From contig JANYJX010000014.1 in the NCBI GenBank assembly GCA_025358355.1, positions 2,893 to 66,892 on the forward strand: a stretch of DNA of 64,000 bases. The letters are read 5' to 3'. The position numbers and the translations under genes were made by a program. Positions 47,314 to 57,194 of the stretch are shown here, one piece after another; the stretch's first letter is position 1; each line of letters starts with the position of its first letter. The notes under the pieces were generated by a model. The model did not search any database. It saw only the letters and a program-made list of their open reading frames with translations, and was not told where the DNA came from. The DNA is from Actinomycetes bacterium. GTDB lineage: Bacteria > Actinomycetota > Thermoleophilia > Gaiellales > Gaiellaceae.

Positions 47314-48263
47314 TCCCGCTCGCCGAGATCGAGCGCGCTCGAGGCGTGATCGCGGGCGACGCGATCCGCACGCCGCTCGTCCGGCTCCAGGTCGACCTGC
47401 CCGAGACCGAGGTCTGGCTGAAGCTCGAATGCCTCCAGCCGATCGGCTCGTTCAAGATCCGCGGTGCGGCGAACGCGATCAGGCAGGCCCCGCCCGAAGC
47501 CGTCGTGCACGGCGTTCTGACGACGAGCGCCGGCAACATGGCACAGGGCGTGGCTTGGGTCGCTCGTGACCTCGGCATCCCCGCCACCATCGTCGCGCCC
47601 GATCACGCTCCCGAAACGAAGATCGCCGCCGTCGAACGGCTGGGCGGGCACGTGATCAAGGTTCCGTACGACCGTTGGTGGCAGGCGATGGAAGAGGGCT
47701 CCTACCCCGGCGTCGAGGGGCTGTTCGTCCACCCGGTGATGGACGACAAGGTGATGGCCGGAAACGGCACGATCGGGCTCGAGCTCGTCGAGCAGCTCGA
47801 CGCGATCGACACGGTCTTGATCCCGTGGGGCGGCGGTGGGCTGGCGACGGGAATCGCGAGTGGGCTCGCGGCGCTGTCACCAGCAACGCGTGTGTACGCG
47901 TGCGAGCCGGAGACCGGCGCGCCCGTCGCGGCGACGCTCGCGAACAACGGCGTGCAGGTCGGTGTCGACTACCGCGCTTCCTTCGTCGATGGCGCGGGGT
48001 CTAAGGCGCTGCTGCCGCCGATGTGGGAACGGGCACGCGAGCTGCTCTCCGGCTCGCATGTCGTCTCCCTCGACGAGACGGCCGCCGCGGTACGGCTGCT
48101 CGCCGAGCGGACACGCGTCGTTGCGGAAGGAGCAGGCGCGCTCGCCGTGGCCGCTGCGGTCTCGCGCCGCGCCGGGACGGGACGCATCGTCTGCATCGTC
48201 TCGGGCGGGAACATCGATTCGTCCCGCCTGGCCGCGATCCTCAGCGGCTCGACGCCCGACTAG
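47310..48263 (+). CDS. PLP-dependent threonine/serine dehydratase family protein
   Basis: LQPIGSFKIRGA, SAGN, PWGGGGL and VSGGNID motifs; start CTG 47310 or GTG 47346. Confidence 0.9.
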   Translation: MIPLAEIERARGVIAGDAIRTPLVRLQVDLPETEVWLKLECLQPIGSFKIRGAANAIRQAPPEAVVHGVLTTSAGNMAQGVAWVARDLGIPATIVAPDHAPETKIAAVERLGGHVIKVPYDRWWQAMEEGSYPGVEGLFVHPVMDDKVMAGNGTIGLELVEQLDAIDTVLIPWGGGGLATGIASGLAALSPATRVYACEPETGAPVAATLANNGVQVGVDYRASFVDGAGSKALLPPMWERARELLSGSHVVSLDETAAAVRLLAERTRVVAEGAGALAVAAAVSRRAGTGRIVCIVSGGNIDSSRLAAILSGSTPD

Positions 48264-48276
48264 GCGGAGGGCCGGC

Positions 48277-48813
48277 TCAGCAGCCGCGCTGGAACGTGGC
48301 TGAGCGGGCGAGCTTCGCCCACTCGAGCGGTACAGCCGCCGCCTTGTACCACCACGTGTCGGCGTCGGTGCCGCGCATGATCAGCGTCGCCTTGGTGCAG
48401 CGACCGATGAGCCGCTTCGCCCGGAAGAGGTGGTAGCGGGACGAGACGACGATCAGCGAGAGCCAGTGGTTCCGAAGAGCAAGATCCCCCGCCAGCCGCG
48501 CTTCGCCCCGGGTCGAGAAGGGATCCGCATGCTGGCAGATCAGCTTGTAGTCGCGTGGCCTCGCGCCATTGCACAGGCGGTAGCGCACCGGATCCCGCGA
48601 TGCGCTGTCCTCCGAGACGACGAGCGTCTTCGCCGCGTGCCGGCGCATCAGGGCCAATGCAACGGGCAGCCGATCGTTGCTTCCCGCAAGCACAACGACC
48701 GCGTCCGCCGCGTGCGTCGGCAGCCGGTCGTCCGGGTGGAGCAGGAACAGCCAGATCCCCAACCCGTAGAGAGTCGCGGCCACGATGATGATGAGCGAGA
48801 GAAGTTGTCGCAT
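48277..48813 (-). CDS. YdcF/DUF218 (ElyC/SanA-like) family protein
   Basis: N-terminal TM, ADAVVVLAG, STRGEA and VVSSRYHLFRA-type motifs. Confidence 0.8.
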   Translation of the reverse strand: MRQLLSLIIIVAATLYGLGIWLFLLHPDDRLPTHAADAVVVLAGSNDRLPVALALMRRHAAKTLVVSEDSASRDPVRYRLCNGARPRDYKLICQHADPFSTRGEARLAGDLALRNHWLSLIVVSSRYHLFRAKRLIGRCTKATLIMRGTDADTWWYKAAAVPLEWAKLARSATFQRGC

Positions 48814-48829
48814 CGGATAGACATTCGGC

Positions 48830-49963
48830 GTGCGCACGATCACCGCAACCGCGCTCCGACGCCTCGTTGTCGCCGCCCAAGGGTACGCGGGGCGCCGGAG
48901 GACAGCCACCACGCGCGAGGTCGCTGACACGATCCGGCAGCTCTCGTGCGTTCAGCTCGATTCGATCTCGACCGTCGAGCGCAGCCACCGGATTGCGATC
49001 TCGTCGCGGGCCGGCCAGTACCCGTCCGAGGTCATTTCGCGTCTCCTCGGCAGCGGGCGAGTCTTCGAGTACTGGGCGCACGAGGCGTGCTTACTGCCGG
49101 TCGAGGACTGGCCGCTGTTTGCCGGAGCGATGCAGAACGGGGGGCGGCACTGGTACGGCGAGGTCGATCGGACGCACCCGCATCTCGCAGACGAGATCCT
49201 GGGCGAGATCCGTTCGCGCGGCGCGCTCGGCGCGCGTCATTTCGAGGGCGCGTCGGAGGGCGGGATGTGGAACTGGAAGCCGGCGAAGGCGATGCTCGAC
49301 CGGCTGTGGAATCGCGGCGAGCTCGTGATCGCCGGCCGGCAGGGGTTCCAGCGGCTGTACGACCTGCCGGAGCGCGTGCTGCCGAGCGCCGTGCTCGACG
49401 CGACGCCCGCCAGCGAAACCGAGCGCCTGCGCGTGCTGACGCTCAAGGCGGTCGCGGCGCGAGGCGCGCTCACCGAATCCGGCATCGTCGAGCACTGGCG
49501 TTTGCGAGGGGGCGTCGCGCGGATCCGCTCGACGGTCGACGGCCTGGTTGCCGATGGCCTGCTCGAGCGGCTGCAGGTCGACGACGGCGGCACGCCGGTG
49601 ATCGTGGCGGCGGGGGCTGAGCTGGATCGTCCCGCGCCCGCGGCGGCCGTGATGCTCTCGCCGTTCGACAACCTCCTCTGGGATCGACCGTTCGCGCGCC
49701 GCGTACTCGGCTTCGACCACCTGATCGAGGTCTACAAGCCAGAGCCGCAGAGGGTCTACGGCTACTACGTGCTGCCGTTTCTCTGGCGCGATCGGATCGT
49801 CGGCCGGGCCGACCTCAAGTCGGATCGCGCGAACGGGACGCTCATCGTCAAGGCGTTCCATCGCGAGCAAGGCGTCCGCGCGTCGGGCGCGCTCGACGAC
49901 GCGTTTGACCGCGCTCTCGACCGGCTGCGCGCGTCGATCGGGCTGGAGCGCGTGCAGCGGTGA
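48830..49963 (+). CDS. YcaQ/AlkZ-like crosslink-repair DNA glycosylase (HTH_42)
   Basis: VQLDSI...RSH, FEYWAHEA, MWNWKPAK, LSPFDNL and YGYYVLPFL motifs. Confidence 0.88.
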   Translation: MRTITATALRRLVVAAQGYAGRRRTATTREVADTIRQLSCVQLDSISTVERSHRIAISSRAGQYPSEVISRLLGSGRVFEYWAHEACLLPVEDWPLFAGAMQNGGRHWYGEVDRTHPHLADEILGEIRSRGALGARHFEGASEGGMWNWKPAKAMLDRLWNRGELVIAGRQGFQRLYDLPERVLPSAVLDATPASETERLRVLTLKAVAARGALTESGIVEHWRLRGGVARIRSTVDGLVADGLLERLQVDDGGTPVIVAAGAELDRPAPAAAVMLSPFDNLLWDRPFARRVLGFDHLIEVYKPEPQRVYGYYVLPFLWRDRIVGRADLKSDRANGTLIVKAFHREQGVRASGALDDAFDRALDRLRASIGLERVQR

Positions 49964-51024
49964 GGCTCGTCTCGGTCGAGGAAGCGCGGCGGATCGCGGT
50001 TCGCTCGCAGCTGCTGGACGGCGCAGCGACGGACGTGCCTGGCACGGTTCGCCAGCTCGGCTTCCTGCAGATCGACCCGATCGCGACCGTCGCCACGCCA
50101 CAACACCTGGTTCTCTGGAGCCGGCTCGGGCACTACGACACCGCCGAGCTCGACCGGCTGCTGTGGGAGACGAAGGAGCTCTTCGAGTGGCACGCCTTCA
50201 TCCGGCCGATCGAGGAGCTGCCGCTCGTCCGCGCATTCGAGCGCCGGTGGCGGACATCGACCCGGTACCACAGCGAGCGCTGGGTGCGCGGGTTCCTCGC
50301 CGAGAACCGCGCCTTCCGCCGCTACGTGCTCCGCGAGATCGCCGAGCGTGGCCCACTGCTCTCGCGCGAGCTGGAGGATCGGGCGGCGGGCGACCCGCGC
50401 GATCACCGCTGGTGGGGCTCACGGCGCGTCGGCCTGATGCTCCAGTCGCTGGATCTCTATGGCGAGATCGCCGTCGCTGGCCGGCGCGAGGGCCAGTGCC
50501 TCTGGGATCTCGCCGAGCGCTGGCTGCCCGCGACCGAGACGCTCTCGACGAAGGCCATGGAAACGCGCCACGCTGAGGCGAGGTTCCGCGCGCTCGGTGT
50601 CCGCCGCGCCGCGGCCGGCTGGGAGGCGCATCCGGATGCCGTCGACGGACCGGTTCCCGAACGGGCCACGTTTCTCTCACCGTTCGACCGCCTGGTCCAC
50701 GACCGCGACCGCGCCGAGCGGCTGTTCGACTTTCACTACCGCCTCGAGATGTACGTGCCGAAGGCGAAGCGCGAGTACGGCTACTACGTGCTGCCAATCC
50801 TCCGCGGCGACCAGCTGATCGGCCGCATCGAGCCAGTCTTCGAGCGCAAGACCGGCGTGCTGAACGTGAACGGCGTCTGGGCGCAGCCCGGTGCGCCAGC
50901 CAACGCCGGCGCAGATATCGGCAGAGCGCTTCGCGAGCTGGCCGGCTGGCTCGGAGCCAGCAAGATCACCGTGGGCTCACAAGTTCCGCGCGCCTGGGCC
51001 AAGGCGCTGCGCGCGTCCGTCTAG
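49960..51024 (+). CDS. Second YcaQ/AlkZ-like glycosylase
   Basis: LQIDPI, LSPFDRL and YGYYVLPIL motifs; GTGA overlap with its paralog. Confidence 0.88.
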   Translation: MRLVSVEEARRIAVRSQLLDGAATDVPGTVRQLGFLQIDPIATVATPQHLVLWSRLGHYDTAELDRLLWETKELFEWHAFIRPIEELPLVRAFERRWRTSTRYHSERWVRGFLAENRAFRRYVLREIAERGPLLSRELEDRAAGDPRDHRWWGSRRVGLMLQSLDLYGEIAVAGRREGQCLWDLAERWLPATETLSTKAMETRHAEARFRALGVRRAAAGWEAHPDAVDGPVPERATFLSPFDRLVHDRDRAERLFDFHYRLEMYVPKAKREYGYYVLPILRGDQLIGRIEPVFERKTGVLNVNGVWAQPGAPANAGADIGRALRELAGWLGASKITVGSQVPRAWAKALRASV

Positions 51025-52013
51025 ATGACGGTCAGCGGCTCGGTGCGAAGCCGCATCCCGAGCCGATCGAGCAGCTCCCGGTCACGCTCGGCCTCCGGGT
51101 TCCCGGTCGTGAGCAACTTGTCGCCGATGAAGATCGAGCTCGCACCGGCGAGCAGGCACAGCGCCTGTGCCTCGTCCGAGAGCGCAAGACGGCCCGCGCT
51201 CAACCGCACGATCGACGCGGGCATCAGGATCCGCGCAGTCGCGATCACGCGCACGAGCTCCAGCGGATCGATCGGCGGCGTGTCGCCGAGCGGTGTCCCC
51301 GCGACCGGGACCAGGACATTGATCGGCACGCTCTCCGGGTGCGGGCTCTGGGCTGCGAGCTGCTGGAGCAAGCCCAGCCGATCGGCGAGCACCTCGCCCA
51401 TCCCGATGATCCCGCCGCAGCAGACCGTGACGCCGGCGTCACGCACGAACCCGAGCGTCTCCAACCGATCCGCGTATGTGCGCGTCGTGATGATCGCGCC
51501 GTAGTACTCGGGTGAGGTGTCGAGGTTGTGGTTGTACGCCGTCAAACCCGCGTCGGCCAGAGCAACCGCCTGCTCAGCCGAGAGCATCCCGAGCGTGCAG
51601 CACGCCTCGAGCCCCAGCGCACGAACGCCACGCACCATCTCGAGCACGCGCTCGAACTGCGCACCGCGCGGAGCACTGCGCCAGGCCGCACCCATGCAGA
51701 ACCGCGTCGCGCCTTGGTCGCGCGCACTCTCGGCAGCGGCGAGCGTGTCCTCGACGCTGATCAGCCGCCCGCGCCCAAGCCCCGTGTCGTAGCGCGACGA
51801 CTGCGGGCAGTACGCGCAGTCCTCGGCGCAGCCGCCTGTCTTGACGCTGAGCAGCGCGCATCCCTGAACCTGAAGCGGATCGTGATGCGCGCGGTGGATC
51901 GTCTGCGCGCGGAACAGAAGATCCGGCAGCGGCAGCTCGTGAATCTCCGCGATCTCGTCGAGGCTCCAGTCGTGGCGGATCGCGTCGAGGGTCTCCATTC
52001 GGCCGCTGCCCAT
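51021..52013 (-). CDS. bioB: Biotin synthase
   Basis: [15 protein letters not shown] radical SAM motif; [29 protein letters not shown] and RLSAGR motifs; start 52013 or 51998. Confidence 0.95.
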   Translation of the reverse strand: MGSGRMETLDAIRHDWSLDEIAEIHELPLPDLLFRAQTIHRAHHDPLQVQGCALLSVKTGGCAEDCAYCPQSSRYDTGLGRGRLISVEDTLAAAESARDQGATRFCMGAAWRSAPRGAQFERVLEMVRGVRALGLEACCTLGMLSAEQAVALADAGLTAYNHNLDTSPEYYGAIITTRTYADRLETLGFVRDAGVTVCCGGIIGMGEVLADRLGLLQQLAAQSPHPESVPINVLVPVAGTPLGDTPPIDPLELVRVIATARILMPASIVRLSAGRLALSDEAQALCLLAGASSIFIGDKLLTTGNPEAERDRELLDRLGMRLRTEPLTVI

Positions 52014-52019
52014 TCTTCC

Positions 52020-52029
52020 AGGGTAGCCT
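52020..52029. promoter_or_regulatory. Overlapping back-to-back -10 elements (bidirectional leaderless promoter)
   Basis: TAGCCT on + (52024-29) and TACCCT on - (52025-20), each exactly 6 nt from a start codon. Confidence 0.6.
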
Positions 52030-52035
52030 TCGGTC

Positions 52036-53187
52036 GTGGCCGATTCGCTGCACTTCGAGACGCGCGCGATCCACGCGGGCCAGGAGCCGGATCCCACGAC
52101 CGGCGCGGTGACGACGCCGATCTACCAGACGTCAACGTTCGCGCAGGAAGCGGTCGGCGTCCACAAGGGCTACGACTACGCACGCGTCGCGAACCCAACC
52201 CGCACCGCGCTCGAGGAGTGCCTCGCCTCGCTCGAGAGCGCTTCGTTCGGCCACGCCTTCTCGTCCGGCCTCGGCGCGACGACGACGATCATGCACCTCG
52301 TCGACCCGGGCCAGCGCGTCGTCTGCGTGAACGACGTCTACGGCGGCACCTACCGGCTGTTCTCGCAGGTGTACGAGCCGAAGGGCTACCGGTTCACGTA
52401 CCTCACGCCGGCCGAGCTGTCCGACCCGGCGGCGGTCGCGGCGCACCTCGGCGACGACGTCGCGCTGATCTGGATCGAGACGCCGACGAACCCGCTGCTG
52501 AACATCGTCGACATCCGCGCCGTCTCCGACGCCGCGCATCGAGTGGGCGCGAAGGTCGTCGTCGACAACACGTTCGCGACGCCGTATCTCCAGCGCCCGC
52601 TCGAGCTTGGCGCCGACATCGTCGTCCACTCGACGACGAAGTACATCGGCGGCCACTCCGACGTGATCGGCGGCTTCGCCGCGACGAGCGACACCGAGAT
52701 CTCCGCGCGGCTGCGCTTCCTGCAGAAGTCGCTCGGCGCGGTGCCCGGCCCGTTCGACGCGTGGCTCGTGCTGCGCGGGGTAAAGACGCTGGCGGTGCGG
52801 ATGCGTCAGCACTGCGCGAACGCGCGCGCCGTAGTCGAATTCCTGAGCGGGCACGCGGCGGTCGAGCGCGTCTTGTACCCGGGCCTCGCAGAGCATCCCG
52901 GCCACGAGATCGCAGCGCGTCAAATGAGCGACTTCGGCGGCATGATCTCGCTCCTCGCCACGAGCGAAGAGGAGGCCGTCGCACTGGTCGCGCGAACGAA
53001 GGTGTGGACGCTGGCCGAGAGCCTCGGCGGAGTCGAAAGCCTGATCGAGCACCCCTTCCGCATGACCCACGGCGCCACGGCCCAGTCAGAGTTCGCAGCG
53101 CCGCGCAACCTCGTTCGCCTGTCGGTTGGCATCGAGTCAGCAGATGACTTGATCCTCGACCTTGAGCACGCGCTGGCGCGCAGCTAG
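52036..53187 (+). CDS. Cystathionine gamma-synthase/lyase (Cys/Met metabolism PLP enzyme)
   Basis: [33 protein letters not shown] and ESLGGVESL motifs. Confidence 0.93.
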   Translation: MADSLHFETRAIHAGQEPDPTTGAVTTPIYQTSTFAQEAVGVHKGYDYARVANPTRTALEECLASLESASFGHAFSSGLGATTTIMHLVDPGQRVVCVNDVYGGTYRLFSQVYEPKGYRFTYLTPAELSDPAAVAAHLGDDVALIWIETPTNPLLNIVDIRAVSDAAHRVGAKVVVDNTFATPYLQRPLELGADIVVHSTTKYIGGHSDVIGGFAATSDTEISARLRFLQKSLGAVPGPFDAWLVLRGVKTLAVRMRQHCANARAVVEFLSGHAAVERVLYPGLAEHPGHEIAARQMSDFGGMISLLATSEEEAVALVARTKVWTLAESLGGVESLIEHPFRMTHGATAQSEFAAPRNLVRLSVGIESADDLILDLEHALARS

Positions 53188-53305
53188 AGATCCGCTCCCG
53201 CACGTCGATGTGCGGTGCGAGAAATCCCGGATTCGAACCGGGACTCCGCTCAGGCACAGTGAACAATCGAGTGTCCCTACCGTCTTGAAAGTCGGAGGCA
53301 CGCGC

Positions 53306-55150
53306 ATGAGCACGATGCAGACGAAGACGCATTCTCGGCTATCGCAGTTGACGGCACTGGCCGCGCTCGGCGGGGTGCTAGCTGGAGTCGGGCTGCACGT
53401 GACCGGCTTCGAGACCGCTGCAGATTCAGCGTGGGCAGCGACAACGGCGATGCTGCTCATCCCTCTGACGATCTCGGTCGTCCGGAGCCTGCTCCGGCGC
53501 GATGTCGGGGTCGATGCGATCGCGCTCGTCTCGATGGCCGGCGCTCTCGCGCTCGGCGAGTACCTCGCTGGAGCCGTCGTCGCACTCATGCTTGCCGGCG
53601 GCAACGGGCTCGAGGACTCGGCGAATCGCCGCGCCAGACGTGAGCTCACAGCGCTCGTCGAGCGCGCGCCGCATGTCGCTGTCGTCCGACGAGGGGACAC
53701 GATGGAGGAAATTCCGATCGACGATGTGCAGACCGGCGACATCGTTCTCGTCCGAGCCGGAGAGGTCGTCCCCGTCGATGGGTTAGTCGAAGGCGCCGAA
53801 GCGGTGGTGGACGAGTCTGCGCTGACGGGCGAACCTCTCCCCGTCACAATCAGACGCGGAGGCATGGTGCGTAGTGGCACTGCGAGTGTTGCCGTGGCGT
53901 TCGAACTCCGGGCGTTGCGCCCCGCGGCGGAAAGCGCCTACGCCGCTCTCGTCCGGCTTGTCCAACACGCAGAAAGCGAGCGCGCGCCATTCGTCCGGCT
54001 CGCCGACCGCTACGCAGCCTTCTTTCTGCCTGCGACGGGCATCGTCGCTGCGATCGCCTGGGCAGTTTCGCGAGATCCAGTCCGTGCGCTCGCCGTCTTC
54101 GTTGTCGCGACACCGTGCCCGCTGATCCTCGCAGCGCCGGTCGCCCTGATCTCGGGGCTCTCGCGTGCGGCGCGGGCGGGAGTCGTCGTCAAGAGCGCGG
54201 GCACAATCGAGAAGCTGGGTTCCGCGCGCACCGTGTTGTTCGACAAGACCGGCACGCTCACGCTCGGCCACCCGAAGTTGGTTCGCATGGTTCCAGCACA
54301 CGGTGCTTCTCCCGACGAGACGCTTCAGCTCGCGGCGTCACTCGACCGCCTCTCTGCCCACCCGCTCGCCGACGCCCTCATTGTCGGCGCCCAAAGTCGT
54401 GGGCTCGACCTCGCACCGGCGAGTGACACGGAGGAGACCTTCGGTCGTGGCATTCGCGGGGTCGTCGAAGGCCACCATGTGGTCGTGGGCAGCGCGCGGT
54501 GGCTGGTCGAGCTCGAGATCGATCCCACGCTTCCGGCCGATGTCGACTCGGGCGCCGCGAAGATCCTCGTCGCGGTCGACGGCAAACTCGCTGGGGTCGC
54601 CCTCGTCGAAGACGAACTGCGTGGCGAGGCGATGAATCTCGTCGAGCGGCTTCGCGCCGAGGGCATCGAACACGTCGCGCTCGTGACAGGGGACAAGGCA
54701 GCCGTCGCAAACCGCATCGGCGACGCGCTCGGTTTCGATCGGGTGTACGCGGAGCAGAACCCGGAACAGAAGCTCGAGGTGGTGCGCGCTCTACGCGATC
54801 AACCCGGGCTTGGTGGCGTCATCATGGTCGGTGACGGTATCAATGACGCACCCGCGCTCGCGCTCGCGGACGTGGGGATCGCGATGGGGACGCTGGGCGC
54901 CACTGTTTCTTCCGAGACCGCAGACGCCGTGATCCTCGTCGATCGAGTCGACCGCGTCGCCGACGCAATCCGCATCGGTCGCCGATCGCTCAAGATCGCT
55001 CTCCAAAGCGTCCTCATCGGCATCGGCGCCTCGCTCGTTGCGATGGGCTTCGCCGCAGCGGGGTTCTTGCCACCTGTCGAAGGCGCCCTATTACAGGAGG
55101 TAATCGACGTGGGCGTGATCCTGAACGCGCTCCGCGCACTTCGAGGGTGA
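53306..55150 (+). CDS. Heavy-metal P1B-type ATPase (P1B-5-like signature)
   Basis: LTGEP, ATPCP, DKTGT, HP and GDGIND motifs; QSVLIGIGASLVAM and QE...NALR; GGAGG RBS. Confidence 0.92.
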   Translation: MSTMQTKTHSRLSQLTALAALGGVLAGVGLHVTGFETAADSAWAATTAMLLIPLTISVVRSLLRRDVGVDAIALVSMAGALALGEYLAGAVVALMLAGGNGLEDSANRRARRELTALVERAPHVAVVRRGDTMEEIPIDDVQTGDIVLVRAGEVVPVDGLVEGAEAVVDESALTGEPLPVTIRRGGMVRSGTASVAVAFELRALRPAAESAYAALVRLVQHAESERAPFVRLADRYAAFFLPATGIVAAIAWAVSRDPVRALAVFVVATPCPLILAAPVALISGLSRAARAGVVVKSAGTIEKLGSARTVLFDKTGTLTLGHPKLVRMVPAHGASPDETLQLAASLDRLSAHPLADALIVGAQSRGLDLAPASDTEETFGRGIRGVVEGHHVVVGSARWLVELEIDPTLPADVDSGAAKILVAVDGKLAGVALVEDELRGEAMNLVERLRAEGIEHVALVTGDKAAVANRIGDALGFDRVYAEQNPEQKLEVVRALRDQPGLGGVIMVGDGINDAPALALADVGIAMGTLGATVSSETADAVILVDRVDRVADAIRIGRRSLKIALQSVLIGIGASLVAMGFAAAGFLPPVEGALLQEVIDVGVILNALRALRG

Positions 55151-55158
55151 CGCTTGGG

Positions 55159-56334
55159 CTACGCCGGAATCGTCAGGCTTTCGAGGTCGCGCGGGTAATC
55201 GGTGAGGATCTCGATCCCGTCTTCGATCACGACGACCGTGTCGGAGTGCCGGAAGCCGCCGAGGTCGCTCGCGTAGACGCCCGGCTCGATGGTGAGGACC
55301 ATCCCCGGCTCGATCGGCGTGTGGTCGCCGATGTCGAGGAACGGCGCCTCGTGATTGCGGAGACCGATCCCGTGGCCGACGTGCTGGCGCCAGTTCCCGA
55401 GCAGGTCGTTCGCCTCGAAATAGCGCAGCACGGCATCGTCGATATCGGCGCACGTCGCGCCGGGCCGGAACGCGTCAAACGCGACCTGCTGCGCGGCGAC
55501 CGTGTGGTCGAAGAGTCGCCGCATCTCGTCGGACGGCGGGCCGATCACCATCCCGCGCTCGAGCTCGGCGTGGTAGCCCCAAATCGGCGCGCTCGTCTCT
55601 GTCACAAGCAGGTCGCCCGCCTTGAACTCGATGTCGTGCGCTACGGCGTGCGCCCACGAACTGCGCTGCCCGATCTGCCCGCGATACCCGGCCGAGACGC
55701 CGTCGGACGACGACTGCTGCCCGGTATGACCGATCGCGGCGAGCATCGCTAGCGTCGCCTCGTGGCCGGCGTGCAGGCTCGCTTCCGCCTCGGTCGCGCC
55801 CGGCACCGAGTACTGCTGCAGGAGCCTGTGCGCCGCCTCGCACCAGCGCGCGCTCTCGCGGATCAGCTCGACCTCGGCCGGGCTCTTGCGCACCATCAAG
55901 CTCTCGACGAACGGCGCGACGCCGACGACCGCCACGCCCGTGACCTCAGAAAGAGCCGGCCCAGCGTAACCGAGAATCCCTGGGTAGCCGTCCTGATCCG
56001 CACCCGCCGCAGCGATGCCCATGTCGGCGAGCACACGAGCAAAGATCCGCATCGGATGCTCGAGCCCCGGGTACTCGGGGTACGACTCGACGCGCTCGAA
56101 CGCGGTCTCCGCCCGCACGCGATCGACCTCGAACTCCGGGACGAACACGGCCATCTCGCCGGCCACGTTCACTGCAAACGCAACGGGCCGCTCGGTTGCC
56201 AGGAACCCGAAGCCCGTGAAGTACTGGACGTACCTATCGTCGAACAAGACGCCGCCGGTCAGCCCATGTGCGCGAACGTGCTCAAGCAGCCGCTCGCGCC
56301 GCAACGCGAATTCCGCCTCCGCGATCGGCTTCAC
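55159..56334 (-). CDS. M24 (Xaa-Pro peptidase / creatinase-like) family protein
   Basis: GHGIGLRNHEAP, TIEPG and GFRHSDT motifs; N-terminal creatinase-like domain. Confidence 0.88.
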   Translation of the reverse strand: MKPIAEAEFALRRERLLEHVRAHGLTGGVLFDDRYVQYFTGFGFLATERPVAFAVNVAGEMAVFVPEFEVDRVRAETAFERVESYPEYPGLEHPMRIFARVLADMGIAAAGADQDGYPGILGYAGPALSEVTGVAVVGVAPFVESLMVRKSPAEVELIRESARWCEAAHRLLQQYSVPGATEAEASLHAGHEATLAMLAAIGHTGQQSSSDGVSAGYRGQIGQRSSWAHAVAHDIEFKAGDLLVTETSAPIWGYHAELERGMVIGPPSDEMRRLFDHTVAAQQVAFDAFRPGATCADIDDAVLRYFEANDLLGNWRQHVGHGIGLRNHEAPFLDIGDHTPIEPGMVLTIEPGVYASDLGGFRHSDTVVVIEDGIEILTDYPRDLESLTIPA

Positions 56335-56651
56335 ACCTGCCGCGCCCTGACCGCGGTGCCGTAGGCGCAGATCTCAGTCCACGTGGTGCCGAGCTCGGAC
56401 GTGTCGAAGCGCATCGCGACGATCGCGTTCGCGCCCTTCGCCGTCGCCTCTTCAACCAGCCGCGAGATCGCTTCCTCGCGTCCCTGCGCAAGCATCTTCG
56501 TCATCCCGCCGAGCTCACCACCGATTAGCGACTTGAGGCTCGCGCCAATCTGCGACCCGATGTTTCGCGCGCGCACCGTGAGCCCGAACACCTCGCCGAA
56601 CACCTCGTCGATTTCGTAGCCAGGTAGATCGTTCATCGTGCTGATCAACAT
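56331..56651 (-). CDS. YbjQ/UPF0145 family protein
   Basis: GEVFGLTVRARNIG, GANAIVAMRFD and AYGTAV motifs. Confidence 0.92.
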   Translation of the reverse strand: MLISTMNDLPGYEIDEVFGEVFGLTVRARNIGSQIGASLKSLIGGELGGMTKMLAQGREEAISRLVEEATAKGANAIVAMRFDTSELGTTWTEICAYGTAVRARQV

Positions 56652-56671
56652 CTCGTGTCCTCTCTATTGAT

Positions 56672-57169
56672 TCAGGAAACGGCAATCGGCCGGCCGACGA
56701 CGAGCGCCTCGCGCAGCTCCGGCTCGAGCTTGGCGTAGTTCGCGTCCGGTAGCACGCCGAGCGCGTCGAGTGTCTTCGAGAAGAAGCAGCGCGCGGCCGC
56801 GGCGAGCACGACGTCCATGATCTCGGTCTCCGACAGCCCGAGAGCACGGAGCCGCTGCAGGTCTGCATCGTCGATCGAAGTCGCGTCGTCGACGACCCGC
56901 TCGGCGAGATCCATCACGGCAACGTCGATCTCGCTGAGACCGGCCGCGTGGTGGTCGCGCGCGATTTCGAGCACCGGCTCGCCGAGCCCAGCCAAAACCT
57001 GGCCGTGAGCGAGGCAGCAGTAGCTCGACCGCAGTCGCCGCGCGGCCGCAAGCGTCGCCAGCTCGTAGCGCCGCAAGTCCATCCCGGCCTTGATCGCGCC
57101 ATTCAGCTGGCCCCACACCGCGTAGACCTCGGGCCGCTCGGCAAACGCCCGCTCGTGATTCGGCGCCAT
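56672..57169 (-). CDS. Carboxymuconolactone decarboxylase/AhpD-like protein, possibly N-truncated
   Basis: MDLRRYELATLAAA...SSYCCLAHG motif. Confidence 0.75.
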   Translation of the reverse strand: MAPNHERAFAERPEVYAVWGQLNGAIKAGMDLRRYELATLAAARRLRSSYCCLAHGQVLAGLGEPVLEIARDHHAAGLSEIDVAVMDLAERVVDDATSIDDADLQRLRALGLSETEIMDVVLAAAARCFFSKTLDALGVLPDANYAKLEPELREALVVGRPIAVS

Positions 57170-57194
57170 ACGACCTGAGCGTACAGTCCTCGCC

